Origin: Octopus sinensis
Lineage: Eukaryota
Direction of reading: 5' to 3'
DNA length: 64,000 nt
Assembly (NCBI RefSeq): GCF_006345805.1
Contig: NW_021835991.1
Coordinates: 62,001 to 126,000 of the forward strand
The notes under the pieces were generated by a model. The model ran no database searches. It saw only the letters and a program-made list of their open reading frames with translations, and was not told where the DNA came from. Position numbers and translations under genes: made by a program. Of this stretch, positions 15,146 to 26,455 are shown one piece after another. Within the stretch, counting starts at the first letter, position 1. Each line of letters begins with the position of its first letter.

Positions 15146-15921
15146 ATGCATTTGGATGATCTGCCAGATTATATGTCCGACGATATATTCACTAAATGGT
15201 TAATTAAATCAAACATAATTTCTTAGCGACAACATAAAGCCAGGATTACTAACAAGATCAGGCCGTATAAAACTAGAAATATATCAAAAAACAGAACTAT
15301 TTAACCACAACAACCAAAAAATCCACAGATCCAAACGTTCACTACAAGATCAAAGACTAAAGGAAGGACTAAACCAACCCCTACCACCAGAAAACGTGGG
15401 ATTCAAACTCCTTTGCAAAATGGGGTACCAACCTGGGAAGGGACTTGGCCTAACAAAGGGAATTGTGGAGCCACTGCCAGTAGAAATCCCCCAAGGCAAG
15501 TCTGGCGTGGGATTTACCACAGAAAATAAATTAAAATTGAAAAATAAACTCAAAAATAAGTTTATAAACAACCAAAGAATTAAAAATGAATTTTCAAATC
15601 ATCAAAAACAGCGAAATTTTCAATCAATTTTATTAAAACGTTTTTTAAGTGCGCAAAAAAGTTGTGAAAATCTTGATCTGTCGGCGGGGGTTGAGAGGCC
15701 TGTTTGGGACTATTTCTGGCCGGGTTGTCTGCCTCAGGATAATGAGGAGTTGGAGGGTCGGCTGGGGGAGATTGTGGGGTATCTCCGGTCGACTTATTTG
15801 TATTGTTTTTTGTGTGGAATTAGCTTTAATGGTGGGTTATTAATTTTTATTTTTTGTAGATTTTGATGATATGATGGAGAATTGTCCAGGCGATGTTGAT
15901 AAACATACTGATTGGGATTGA
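15146..15921 (+). CDS. GPATCH11: G-patch domain protein 11 (CCDC75), copy 1
   Basis: DYMSD at the N-terminus, G-patch ENVGFKLLCKMGYQPGKGLG...GVG, and C-terminal YLRSTYLYCFLCG...ENCPG. Two short introns. Confidence 0.9.
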
Positions 15922-16080
15922 TTTATATTTTTAATATATTTTTTAATATATTTTTGTCATTATTTGTAGTTTTTATTAGTTTTTTACTTACATAAAGTGG
16001 ACAAAAATATGGTACCACATCGAGCTAGTATATAATCAAAGAATTTATTGTTATTTTAATAATTAAATAATATTAATAAA

Positions 16081-17823
16081 TTAATTATTTATATTATATT
16101 TAAAATAATGGAAATGTGCGTCAATAGTCTCGAATATTGTGAGAGCATCTTGTTCTCCGTTGACCAAAACCTCAACTTGTTTATAATAATTCTACAAAAT
16201 ATATTTAATCATACTTTTAAATCATTTTCATTACTTCTATAATTTAAAATTTTTTTATTTATTTCATTTTTTGAATTTTTGGGATTATAAATCAATCTTT
16301 TTGAAATTTTACAGATTCAGGTTGACGTGTGGACAAATTATAATTCTTCCCAGTGACCGGATCTGTCCTCTTTGATGTCCCCCTCTCCATCACCGTCTCA
16401 TCGGTAACTTCAAAGAAGAAAACCCTTTGATCCCCTCAATCAAACATCCTTACTTATACGGATTTATACTCGAATCATTAAGCAAACGCGCCTCATTTTC
16501 TGTTTCAGGAAAATTATAAATAATCCATCCTTTCATCAAACAGTCACGTTTATTCAAACGATCCACAAGACAACGAACCTTCAAAGAAGAGGGGACTTGA
16601 CTGCTTTACACACAATTTACTTGGAGTCCCATCTTGGTAGTACTCACTCATGAGTTCTCCAAGGGCGGTCTTCCCTTTGATCTCTTGTAAAATCAATAAA
16701 TTCACAGAAACTGATTAAAATGATTTAAAAATAAAAAATTACTTTTTACAAGTCCATATCGTTTAGATAGCATGTCCCCGATTGTTGATTTCCGACTGCA
16801 TGTGGGTCCGATAAGGACAATTTTTGGTACACGGGAGCAGGGCTTAGTTGTTGCCAATTTATATAGCAAAATACTAAAAAGTTTAGAAGGTTGATTGCCT
16901 TCTTGGAGGACATCTTGGAAGGGTTGGTTGGAGTTTATCCTTTTAAAAGACCACAGGATGATTCGAATGGAGTTTTATTACGGTGATATTCGACTAGAGA
17001 GTTCAGTAGTTCCTCATTTTTATATTTTAAAGAGAGTTCAAGTCCTTCAATGTCTTCAAGTGGAGGGTCGTACAACAAGTTATATGTTTCTAAAAATTTT
17101 ATATAAAAATAAATATAATTAAAAAATAGTATTTAAAAAAGTAATTAATTAAACTTCCTGTCGAATTGTCATATCTAGTATTCTCAGCACGTGTAATAAG
17201 AAATCCATCCTCTTGTGTAGTAAGGTGGACTATAAATTAAATTCAAGTCAATTTTTACCGACATGAGTAGGAAAGACTCCAATTGACTGAATGTCCTGAA
17301 GGAGTGTCTTACAGTCAAGGACCCCATCAATGACCCACCCACGAATTCTGCAATCAAATTGGTCAGTTCGATCAGAAATCATTTTTGCTATCAATTCTAA
17401 TGGCACAGACTAAAAATAGTAAAATCTAACCAAACCTCATTATTAGTCACGTATTTGCTGATTATTTCTCTTGTTTTGTAATTAGCGTCATCTATGAGGG
17501 ACTTTTCGGTGATTAAAACTAAATTTAGTTCCTTATGAAGTCTTTGGGCTAATGAGGACTTTCCAGATGCTGGAGGACCAAATAAAACGACGCGGAGAGC
17601 TTGGGGTTAAGACAGTGATTACTATCAGGTTTAATGTAGTCGATTTGATTGAGTAAAAAGTCAACTGGATTGTCTGGTTTGTTTATTATTAAGTTCTGCA
17701 TCATTGCCTGGGTGTATTTAATGATTATATAAACTTCAAAAAGTCAAATAATTTGTTTTTTTCTGCATATTCTATAAATTCTTTTGGTATTTGTAATGGT
17801 CGAGAACATTGATCCATAGACAT
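16081..17823 (-). pseudogene. AK8: Adenylate kinase 8-like, copy 1, frameshifted
   Basis: Same exons as the 41933-43678 copy, but with 1-nt deletions near 16952 (CCACAGG vs CCGACAGG) and near 16310 (T4 vs T5), each leading to a premature stop. The second could be a homopolymer error. Confidence 0.7.
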
Positions 17824-18845
17824 TAATTTTTTAGTCTCTTAGCAATATTATTCTATTAATATTCATTTTTTATCAGTAGTAAAACATGATTAAAAAGTTG
17901 ATTTTTGAATCTTTCTACAAACAAAATTTCCTAATAAATTTAACTTTCTATCTCTAGAGTCAGAGAAGTATTTTACAATTTAAGTAAATCTTTGTTTGAA
18001 TTCATAAAACATGCTTTCTAATTTATTGATAAGATAAACTTAACTATATATGCTGCTTAAACAAATTTATTGCATTCTACCAAATCTATTAAACGTGATT
18101 ATTTTCATATTGAACTTGAAATAACATTTTTGAAAATTTACAGCAAATTTGATATACGGTGACATATGCCGATACAACCAGTAATTTGCTAAAACTATTG
18201 TTAATTAAGATTGTTTTCTGATATTATAAATACTTTTTAATTATTTGTTGTGTTGGCTATTTATGATTAGGTTTTTGAATAAATAGGCAAACTATTGGGG
18301 AATACATTTAATGGTTCGAACTACCAAAACATTCAAAAGTAAATTATTTTGTGACAATTTTGATAAAAATTTATCTGAAAAAGTTTTTATATTTAATTAT
18401 AATGTGATTACCACATTCCTCCGAATTGATATATTACTTTATTTCAGGTTCGGAGTACCATTTTTCAGGAATACACCCAAAATTCACCGTATTGCCAGAC
18501 GTGACGTTTCGCGAAGAAGAAAGTCCAAAATGGGAGGAAATTCTACCATTTAAACCGTAAATAGACACACTGAATATTTATTTGAATTTTTTCTTTCATG
18601 TTTCTCTTTGAAATATAATAACTTTGTTGATTTGGAGCGTTTTGTGTTAGAGAGACATGCAAGTAAAATTTTTAAATTTTTTGATCTATAGTAGAATTCA
18701 CTTTCATAAAGCAATAAAAAGCATTAAAATTTCCTTCCAAGAAATTTATTTTTATTCATACCATTGAGTTTTGTTTTTGCTTTTAATAGAATAAAAAACT
18801 ATTTGTTTGTTCCTGAATATTATTTTTAAAATCATTTAATGATAT

Positions 18846-19098
18846 TCCAGTGCTCAGGCTGAGGAGGCTAAGAGGTCGAAGTATGAAATATCTCGGACTC
18901 TTACGAGTTTGTCCCTTTCGCCTTCGAAACATCTGGAATTGTCGGCAGGTTTGCAACTCGCCTTCTTGCCAACATTGCCAGGAGAATCGCCAAGAGACCA
19001 ACGACCGGAGGGAGACGAGCTGGCTCTTCCAGCGAATCTCGGTCGCAGTGCTCCGCGGAAACTGCCACTCGATACGCAGTGCGGCGACTTTGAGCTGA
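18846..19098 (+). mobile_element. Short 3' fragment of a third CRE-clade retroelement
   Basis: EEAKRSKY...FVPFAFETSG...QRISVAVLRGN in shifted frames. Confidence 0.75.
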
Positions 19099-19259
19099 CC
19101 TCCAGGCTCTTTATTAATTTGTGTATAACTTATTCCCCTTTTATATGAAATGAATGAACTGAATGATCGAAGTTTATTCATAAGAACCATCTTTAAAACA
19201 AAATTTAATGATATTTCATTTGGTTGAGGTGGTGACGTACCTCTGTCTGTTACGGATAT

Positions 19260-19620
19260 GTACTTCGAAACAACACGGAGTGTTCCACAAGGAGACTCGC
19301 GCTTTTTATTGTGTATCTTGAGGCCGCTCTGAGGGATTTTAAATCAGTTATAAAAATGATTATCACGAGATATCCTACGCAGATGACTTTGACTTTTTGT
19401 CGGACGACGGAGAAATTCTCAAATATATATAATATGCTCTTGAAAATTTGAAAAATGGTTTCTCACTGTGAACACCGAAAAAACCGAATATATATCCTTA
19501 TGCCGATCGGAAAGACGCATTGATGAATCATGGAGAGGCACAAACAGTTAGGAACGCTCCTGGGAGACACAGAGGATGTTACCCGATGGAAAATCCTTTC
19601 AAATGGAGCCTTTAGAAAGC
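19260..19620 (+). pseudogene. Degenerate non-LTR RT remnant
   Basis: VPQGDS, YADD and VNTEKTE-like motifs with stops and frameshifts. Confidence 0.55.
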
Positions 19621-20611
19621 TTATGTCTTTATGGGGAACTAAAAGAAGAAATGCATATTTATGCTTTTTTTGATGATACGTGAGCCTTTATATCAGAGCA
19701 ACGTCCATGATAAATGAGAAACGCAAATAGCACAGCATGCATTCAGCTGTATGATCGTTTTCACATTTTTTAAGAAATGGATGTTCCTTTTTAATATGTC
19801 GCGAGCGCAGCGCGCGACCGAGCGCTAGACGCGACTTTGACAGCTAACAAGCCTATCATCAACAAATATATTTATTAAATTATTTAAAATTTTAACATGA
19901 TTTAAATTAAAATTGAAATAACTTAAGTTTTCCATTGAATCCCATAAAATAATTTAAAGTAGACCTTATAGAAAAAGTAAAATCAATGAATACTGAACGC
20001 TAATTTGGTTTAGGTTGTGAGGGGGGGTAATAATTTGACAGATCTCATTGTTATTTTTTCGTTTTAATCTCTAAAATTAGGTCTTCTAATCAAAAATGAA
20101 CTGTGCTGACAGGCGTGCTCCTTCAGAAGATTCTTGTTTTGACATTTTAATAAATTATGAAGCATTTAGATTTTTTCTCATTATTCTAAAATATCAATTA
20201 TAAATTTTAAAATATTATTTTTATTTATGAAATCGGTTTTAAAGCTCATTCTGCTTTGGCATCGATTTTAATTTTGTTATCGAATATATTAATCCCAAAT
20301 ACAAGCCTAGGTATTTCCTCAGGCAGAACAGAGCATTAGTTGCTTTCCTTTTACTTAATTTTGCGTTTTCGAGATAGTTTCCCTTTTCATCGATGAACAA
20401 GCCAAGATATTTAATTGAGTTTTGTCGAGGTATGTTCTTGATCAGGCACGGTAAATTATTAAATTTCTGCTTTCTGTGATTCTCAGTAATGCGGACTTCT
20501 CACGCGCAATAATGAACATATTTTCATCGCACCATTGCTCCACTGTATTCATATATGATATAATCCTTTGTTCGGATAAGGCAGGTTTCGATGAAATGTC
20601 AAGGATTACAA

Positions 20612-21617
20612 CAGGCATTCTCAACCTTTTTTTGTTCATCGCCCCCTTAGATATTTTGTCGCCCCCCTTTGAAATTTTATCGCCCCCTTGTCCACCTACA
20701 ATTTAAAAATTTTTTGGCATTGTCCCTTAATTGGTTGTTTTTTGTACATAACTCAAAAATCAAAATATAAAATTATAAATCAAATGTAAAAAATTGAATT
20801 TTTATTAAAAATTATTAGTGAGACCCTTGATATTGATGTTTACTCGCTAAATATTCTATGTCGGGTTTAATTCTGCTCAACTTTAGGCGTATATCGCCTC
20901 TATAACACACTTCCAGTCTATTTTTTTCACATTATGTATTATGATTGACAAAACTAAATCCACTTTCAACCAATAAGTGGTAGGGAATGTCAATAGTACA
21001 TTACTCATTTCCTTCCATAAATTTGGAAATTTCATTTGTAGATCTTTTGATTGCCAAAATTTAGAGATACCATCCTGTTGAAATCTGTGAATATATTCTT
21101 CATTATATTTAAATTCAATTATCTCTTCTTGGATTGTTTCGTTCATATCTTCTGGCACACATGAAAACGGATCAATCATCCATGCTTCAAATTCCAAATC
21201 AAACAAATCTTTGAATCTAAGAGATATATCCGCTTCTAGTTCCGTCAAATGTTGACAATATGTCAAAATATTGTTTTGACTAAAATATTTACTTATCTCA
21301 GATAGTTGTGAAATGTTTCCAAACTGATTTTAGAAAAATTATGTCGATAAAGCAATAATTTTTTCAAATGTTTTCATTATTCTTTTGCAATCAATCATGT
21401 TGACAAAATTTCCTTGAAGAAGAATAGTAATTTCATTAAATTTTGAGTCTAAATTATTAGGCTTGCCATTAAAAATATTCTAATTAAACAATTTTTAATA
21501 AATATAAATTTTATTTTTTATTAAATATATTATCGCCCCCCTGTACAAAATTATCGCCCCCTTGTACAAAATTTTCGCCCCTAGGGGGGCGATTCGCCCC
21601 CCGGTTGAGAACACCTG
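20612..21617 (-). mobile_element. Non-autonomous hAT (Buster/Charlie-type) element
   Basis: TIRs CAGGCATTCTCAACC / GGTTGAGAACACCTG, 8-bp TSD GATTACAA (nnnTAnnn), subterminal ATCGCCCC repeats, and transposase C-terminal remnant 20883-21266 (FPNLWK...FPTTY). Confidence 0.92.
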
Positions 21618-21640
21618 GATTACAACATCATCGGCGTATA

Positions 21641-23668
21641 TCAAATTTCCGTCCGTGTGTTGACAGGAGACGGCAGATTGCTCATCACAATGTTGAATAA
21701 TAGAGGACTGAGGACTGATCCTTGAGGGACGCCTCTTTTAAGTTTCAGTTCATCCGAGTCATAGTTCAGAAAGCTTATCACAGAGCGCCTGTCGCGGAGG
21801 AAGTCTTTTAGCCATAGGAATAGTCCTTTGTCTATGTGACACTTCGCCAGATGTCTAAGGAGACCGAGGTGCCAAACCATATCAAAGGCTTTTGAGATGT
21901 CTAGAGACACAATTGTCAGACACTCTTTGAAATCCAGAGCCTTTACAATCGACGAATTGAGTGTATAAAGACAGTCAGCACAGGAACGACCCCTCCGAAA
22001 GCCCCACTGCACGTCTTTGAGATAACCATTTCTCTCGACGTGTTCAGAGAGTCGTTCAAACATTACCCTTTCCATTATTCGACTGATGGTAGGAATTAGG
22101 CTTATAGGCCTATAACTTGTCGCCAAGTAACCAGGTTTTCCAGGCTTCCGTATCATCCTTACCTCCGTCAGTTTCCATGAAGAAGGGACGTATCCCAAGC
22201 TCACACTGCGGGAGAAGAGACATCCCAAATATTCGTAAAGTTGCTTGGGAGCTTCTTTGAACATGCGCATGGTTATCTTGTCCTTTCCCGGAGCGTTATT
22301 TTTGGAGTATCTAACTGCATTTTCCACGTCTTTGCACGTTATAGATTCCGAGCACATTGGTAATGAGCTAAGATTGTCTTCCAACTCTTTTTCCATATCA
22401 AACAAAGCTGAATCAGATAGATTTGTATCCGGATTGACTTCTTGTATTCTTTTGAGACTATCAGCAAATATGTTCGGGATTTCTTCATGAGATGCAGGGG
22501 ATCCATCTTGTTTTAGCAGTTTAGGTATAGTTTTCTCAGACGTCGAGGTTAATTTCGAGTAGACCTTCCAAAAATTTGGACTTCCTTTATGTAGCTTTTT
22601 GCACTCAGTATTCCATTTTTTATCCTTCGCCACCTTCGCCGATTTTCTTATTTCTTCCGTAATGGTGAAGATTTCACTTTCCAAAACGGACCGGTCACGA
22701 AAATCTGCGCAGCGCCGGAGTTTGTTCCTTAGACATTGTTTTTTCCTTAGTAGGATTTCAACATTCATGTTTGGCATGTGAGTTTTCCTATTGTTTGAGA
22801 CGATTTTTGTAGAATATGTTTCCAGATAAGACTTTATGTATCCAATAAGGGAATTGCTAGACTTCTCGAGGTCCTCAGATGAAGAATTTTCGTCAAGTTT
22901 AGGAGCGAAATTGCTCAGATAAAGTGTAAAACATTTTCGGTAGTGTTCCCAGTTTATAGTCGAGAGGTTATATCGTATAAAAGTTGGTTTACCCTTTAAA
23001 GGTCCAAGGTTGAGTTTGTATAAAATTGGTAGATGGTCACTTCCAATATCATTTAAGGTGTACGGTTGTTCCATAAATTGAAGAGTAGACATAGAGACCA
23101 ATGCTACGCCCAAATAGTCCCACCCTCCTGGTGAGTAATGATTTGGGGTTTTTGATGTGATGACCGAGAAACTGAGAGATTCTGAAAGCTTCTTAAGAAT
23201 GATGCCATCCCTGTTGGTTCTCAGACAGCCAAAAGATGTGCATTTGGCATTTAGATCCCCGAGGAGTATTGACAAATGATTGTGTTTATCGGCAAAAAAG
23301 TCCTTGATAAGCGATGAGTAATTGGAAAGGGATTTTGAGTACATCCCTCCGATTGTTACCCACCCTTTTTCCAGAAGGACGTCGATTGTGAGGAATTCAC
23401 ACAATTCCTCGGACACAATTTTTAGATTTTTCACCCTTAGAGTTGATTTGTAGTAGATAGAAGTGCCTGTTCCAGCGATCGAGCCCGGCTTCCACTTAAT
23501 ATCAAGGGAACGATAGCCATCCAAGTAGTAATCATCATGTTTTTTGATTTTTGTTTCGTTTACGATCAAAAGGTCCACGGGGTTATGGGATAACATATCC
23601 TCAATCTCTGAACGCCTTCTCTTTAGAGAACGTGCGTTCACAGCGATAATAGACAGAAAGGGGCTCAC
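21641..23668 (-). CDS. LINE ORF2 (AP endonuclease + reverse transcriptase), interrupted
   Basis: VNARSL, NETK, GDLNA, SDHLP, YRPISL, QWGFR, LDISKAFD and GVPQGSVLSP motifs. YADD follows after a 1-nt frameshift and continues beyond the hAT insertion (20442-20611). Confidence 0.93.
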   Translation of the reverse strand: MSPFLSIIAVNARSLKRRRSEIEDMLSHNPVDLLIVNETKIKKHDDYYLDGYRSLDIKWKPGSIAGTGTSIYYKSTLRVKNLKIVSEELCEFLTIDVLLEKGWVTIGGMYSKSLSNYSSLIKDFFADKHNHLSILLGDLNAKCTSFGCLRTNRDGIILKKLSESLSFSVITSKTPNHYSPGGWDYLGVALVSMSTLQFMEQPYTLNDIGSDHLPILYKLNLGPLKGKPTFIRYNLSTINWEHYRKCFTLYLSNFAPKLDENSSSEDLEKSSNSLIGYIKSYLETYSTKIVSNNRKTHMPNMNVEILLRKKQCLRNKLRRCADFRDRSVLESEIFTITEEIRKSAKVAKDKKWNTECKKLHKGSPNFWKVYSKLTSTSEKTIPKLLKQDGSPASHEEIPNIFADSLKRIQEVNPDTNLSDSALFDMEKELEDNLSSLPMCSESITCKDVENAVRYSKNNAPGKDKITMRMFKEAPKQLYEYLGCLFSRSVSLGYVPSSWKLTEVRMIRKPGKPGYLATSYRPISLIPTISRIMERVMFERLSEHVERNGYLKDVQWGFRRGRSCADCLYTLNSSIVKALDFKECLTIVSLDISKAFDMVWHLGLLRHLAKCHIDKGLFLWLKDFLRDRRSVISFLNYDSDELKLKRGVPQGSVLSPLLFNIVMSNLPSPVNTRTEI

Positions 23669-24833
23669 GCCTGATCAATCCTTTCCCTTCCAAGAGAAAG
23701 GGACAACAGATTGTTGATATCGAGGCCTTTTTCATCGCATATAGCGATTATTTTGCGAATCATAGAGGTAAGCTCAACGTCGATAGTTGGTGCTTTCCTC
23801 TTAAAGCGGGTTGGAGGCTCTGTGTGTTGTGTATTGGGAGGCAAAGTTGCGTCTTCACTAACATCTGTTTGCGTTGAGGAGTCAAAACAGCGGGAAATTG
23901 TGGGTTTTCGCCATACAGATTCAACGGCCTCCGCTTTTGACCATACAGTTTTTGAGTGTTCTGCTTTGGCCAGTCTGTCCCTGGCACTGAGCTGCTTTTT
24001 TAGTTGTTCAGTGGCTGCCTTAGCTGAAGAGCAGCCACCGTAGCAAGCCAAATGCCCACTCAGACCGCAGTTTATACATTTTTTCTCAGTTTTTCCTTTA
24101 ATCGGGCACATTTTCATATTATGATCACCACCACAGAAAAGACATCTTTCCACTTCTTTGCAGAAGTTAGCAATGTGACCAAATTGTTGGCAGCGAAAGC
24201 ATCTATTTGCTGGGTTTTTAAACCATTCGCATCGTATTTTTTGAAATCCCACTTCGATTCCCATCCTTACAAGCGAAGTGGCTTCTGCCCTCGAATTCAG
24301 ACTCAACTTTCCAACAGGTATACTCCGTCCATTTTTGTAGAACCGTTGGAAAGTAAAACCGGGGTTGAGAATTTCTTTGAGGTAAAGATCCAGGTCTTCC
24401 TCGGAGACCCAAGATGGTATTCCCTTCAAGACTACGGTCGATGGTTGCAGACTGCACGCAGAAATATAATGGCCGTCCTGGCCAAATGGTTTGTTATACT
24501 CGAAGTCATTCACAAACGAGTCCCTATCACTAGAATTTGAGAATTCGAGGGTAAAGTCCCCAGACTTCCTGGCAGTAATTCGGGCCTTCTGTGCAGTCTC
24601 GGATTTGGTTAGAATATTAAAGGACTTTATTCGTCCAATCGCATAATTTTTTATCTGCAGCGAGAGGACAAGAGACTCAGTACAGTTTGGATTGTTCAAA
24701 GAGACTTGAGAGGAGTGTGACCCCTCCTCATCTTTGATACGGATTTCATCTTTGCGTTCAAGCTCTTGAGACACAGAAGATTTTGAGTTTTTGATAGTTT
24801 TATTTTTGCACCACGAGAAACGAAACGTGTCAT
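23665..24833 (-). CDS. LINE ORF1 gag-like protein with three CCHC knuckles
   Basis: RCFRCQQFGHIANFC, CLFCGGDHNMKMC and CINCGLSGHLACYGGC. The likely ATG at 24833 is one base out of frame in an A-run. Confidence 0.9.
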
Positions 24834-26455
24834 GACCTTCGCCGAAACGTGACCGAGTTAAAATTGGAGCCTGATACTTTCCTCTACGTTTTCAATACGG
24901 TGATCCTACCGGACTACTATACGGAAAAGAGGGATGGTACTTCTCTAAAAAGAAGGACAACCATCTTAACTAAATTTGAAAAGTCTCGCAGGCTCGCTTT
25001 GAAGCTTGCTTACCACCAAAAAGTTGAAGATCCAATCCCCTGTGGCTTGAAAGTAAATCCTCCATGGTCGGTGAAACTGTCGAAAAAGCTATAAGTGGTT
25101 ATAAATCCAACTCAATTGTCACTGGGACGTACCTGCAGAGGTAGAAAAGAAAAAAAAAAAAAAAAAAAAAAATTTACTTGAGGGGGTCTCTTTTTTTTTC
25201 TGGGAAGAAGTCGATAGGGTAGTCCTATTGTTTCATTATACAAACTCCCCCTAACCTTTAACCCTTCTCTGTTTCCAATAAACTTCCTATTCCTATATTC
25301 CTAGGTATTTGTCAATTTATAGATTTTTTGATTGATCGGATCTAGAAATTGAGTGGTCGCTCGCTGCGCTCGCGACATAATACCTCGGTTAAAAATACAT
25401 TTTCTCTTTGACAGAAAAGGCATAATTTTCAAAAATTTAATATTATTTTTATAATTGTATAGTTGATCACAATCCCACATTACTAAATAATAATAAATAT
25501 GATAATCCGGGACAAGGCTCCAGTATCTGAGACTGTCCAGGTAATCCGGGCCCGATGGTAAGCCTACATTTACTGGATCGAAGAAAGAAATTCAAAACTA
25601 TATACCTGAAATGTATGAAGATAGTCTTGAGCTTTTTGTCAATCCTTTTTTCATAAAAGTTTATGATTTAGTTGCAATTCGGGTGTTTCTTTCATGAAAA
25701 AATCCAAAAATTGAAAGATTAGTCGTTTTTTGTTTACGCACCAACAGATAGGAGATAAACATGAAAGAACTGTTTACTAATTTAAATTAGTCGCCGAGCG
25801 GATGAACAGGCAATTCCCACGTAATATCGTGAACGATATCTGTTGGAAAATTAAGCTCGTGACTCCTCCTAGAGATGGCTGAACAAATCTCTGAGAGTAG
25901 TTTGAGCACTTTAAGTCCAATTATCACACTGGTCTTGAAAGTCAGGGAGATGAAGCAGCAGGTATCGGTCAACGATGCATATTGTGCAGTTTTTCTAGAT
26001 TCGGCAGGGGTAGATGCAAATCCAGTACGGGAAGCGAAGTCGATCAGCGATGATGAGAAAAATGAGTCTACGCAGGTAACATCTTACACGAGGGCCAGTC
26101 CCTCCCTGAACGGGAATAAAGTCAACTCATCAGGACACTTTCCGTTATTATTAATACAATTCTTGTGAATTTAAAGTTAAGACTACTTTTTTGCCAGGCG
26201 ACTTAGTATTTCACTTTCAAAACTTGACCGAATTCTTTTTTAGTAACTCCGGTTCCTTGGGAGGAAAGGTAATCAACTTTGTTCAGAAGATCGAGTCTCA
26301 GATGTCTACACTCACAAGCGTCGCCTGCGAACCGAGATGGTTTTTTAGCAGATATCCTTTGCGGTAGTACGCTTTAACTCTTCCTCGATCGCTTCAGCCT
26401 CTCGCCCTGCGAACTAGACACGCATGCTATTATTTTAGAAGTGATTTATTATATA

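Larger units (their letters stand above)
13180..18285. repeat. Segmental duplication, copy 1 (TFIIA-N, GPATCH11, AK8)
   Basis: Colinear high-identity match to 38955-44144, starting TTCTGGATACGTA and ending GAATAAATA. Confidence 0.95.
20305..25172. mobile_element. Jockey/I-like LINE with 5' inversion (5' 4.5 kb on minus, 3' end and poly(A) on plus)
   Basis: Minus strand: ORF1, APE-RT ORF2, YADD, KYLG to about 20305. Plus strand from about 24855: LEPDTFLYVFNTVILP/LLYGKEGW/RRLALKLAY, then a 3' UTR and A23 at 25150-25172. Confidence 0.85.
19797..25377. mobile_element. Non-autonomous Ginger/Tdd-like TIR element carrying nested LINE and hAT insertions
   Basis: 23-bp TIR TGTCGCGAGCGCAGCG(C/A)GCGACC at both ends and a 5-bp TSD TAATA. 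The flanks rejoin to match the empty paralogous site near 5900. Confidence 0.9.

Noticed and set aside
19797-25377. LTR retrotransposon (TG...CA ends, 5-bp TSD, gag and RT inside)
   Set aside because: The ends are inverted rather than direct repeats, and the gag/RT belong to a nested APE-type LINE with a poly(A) tail.
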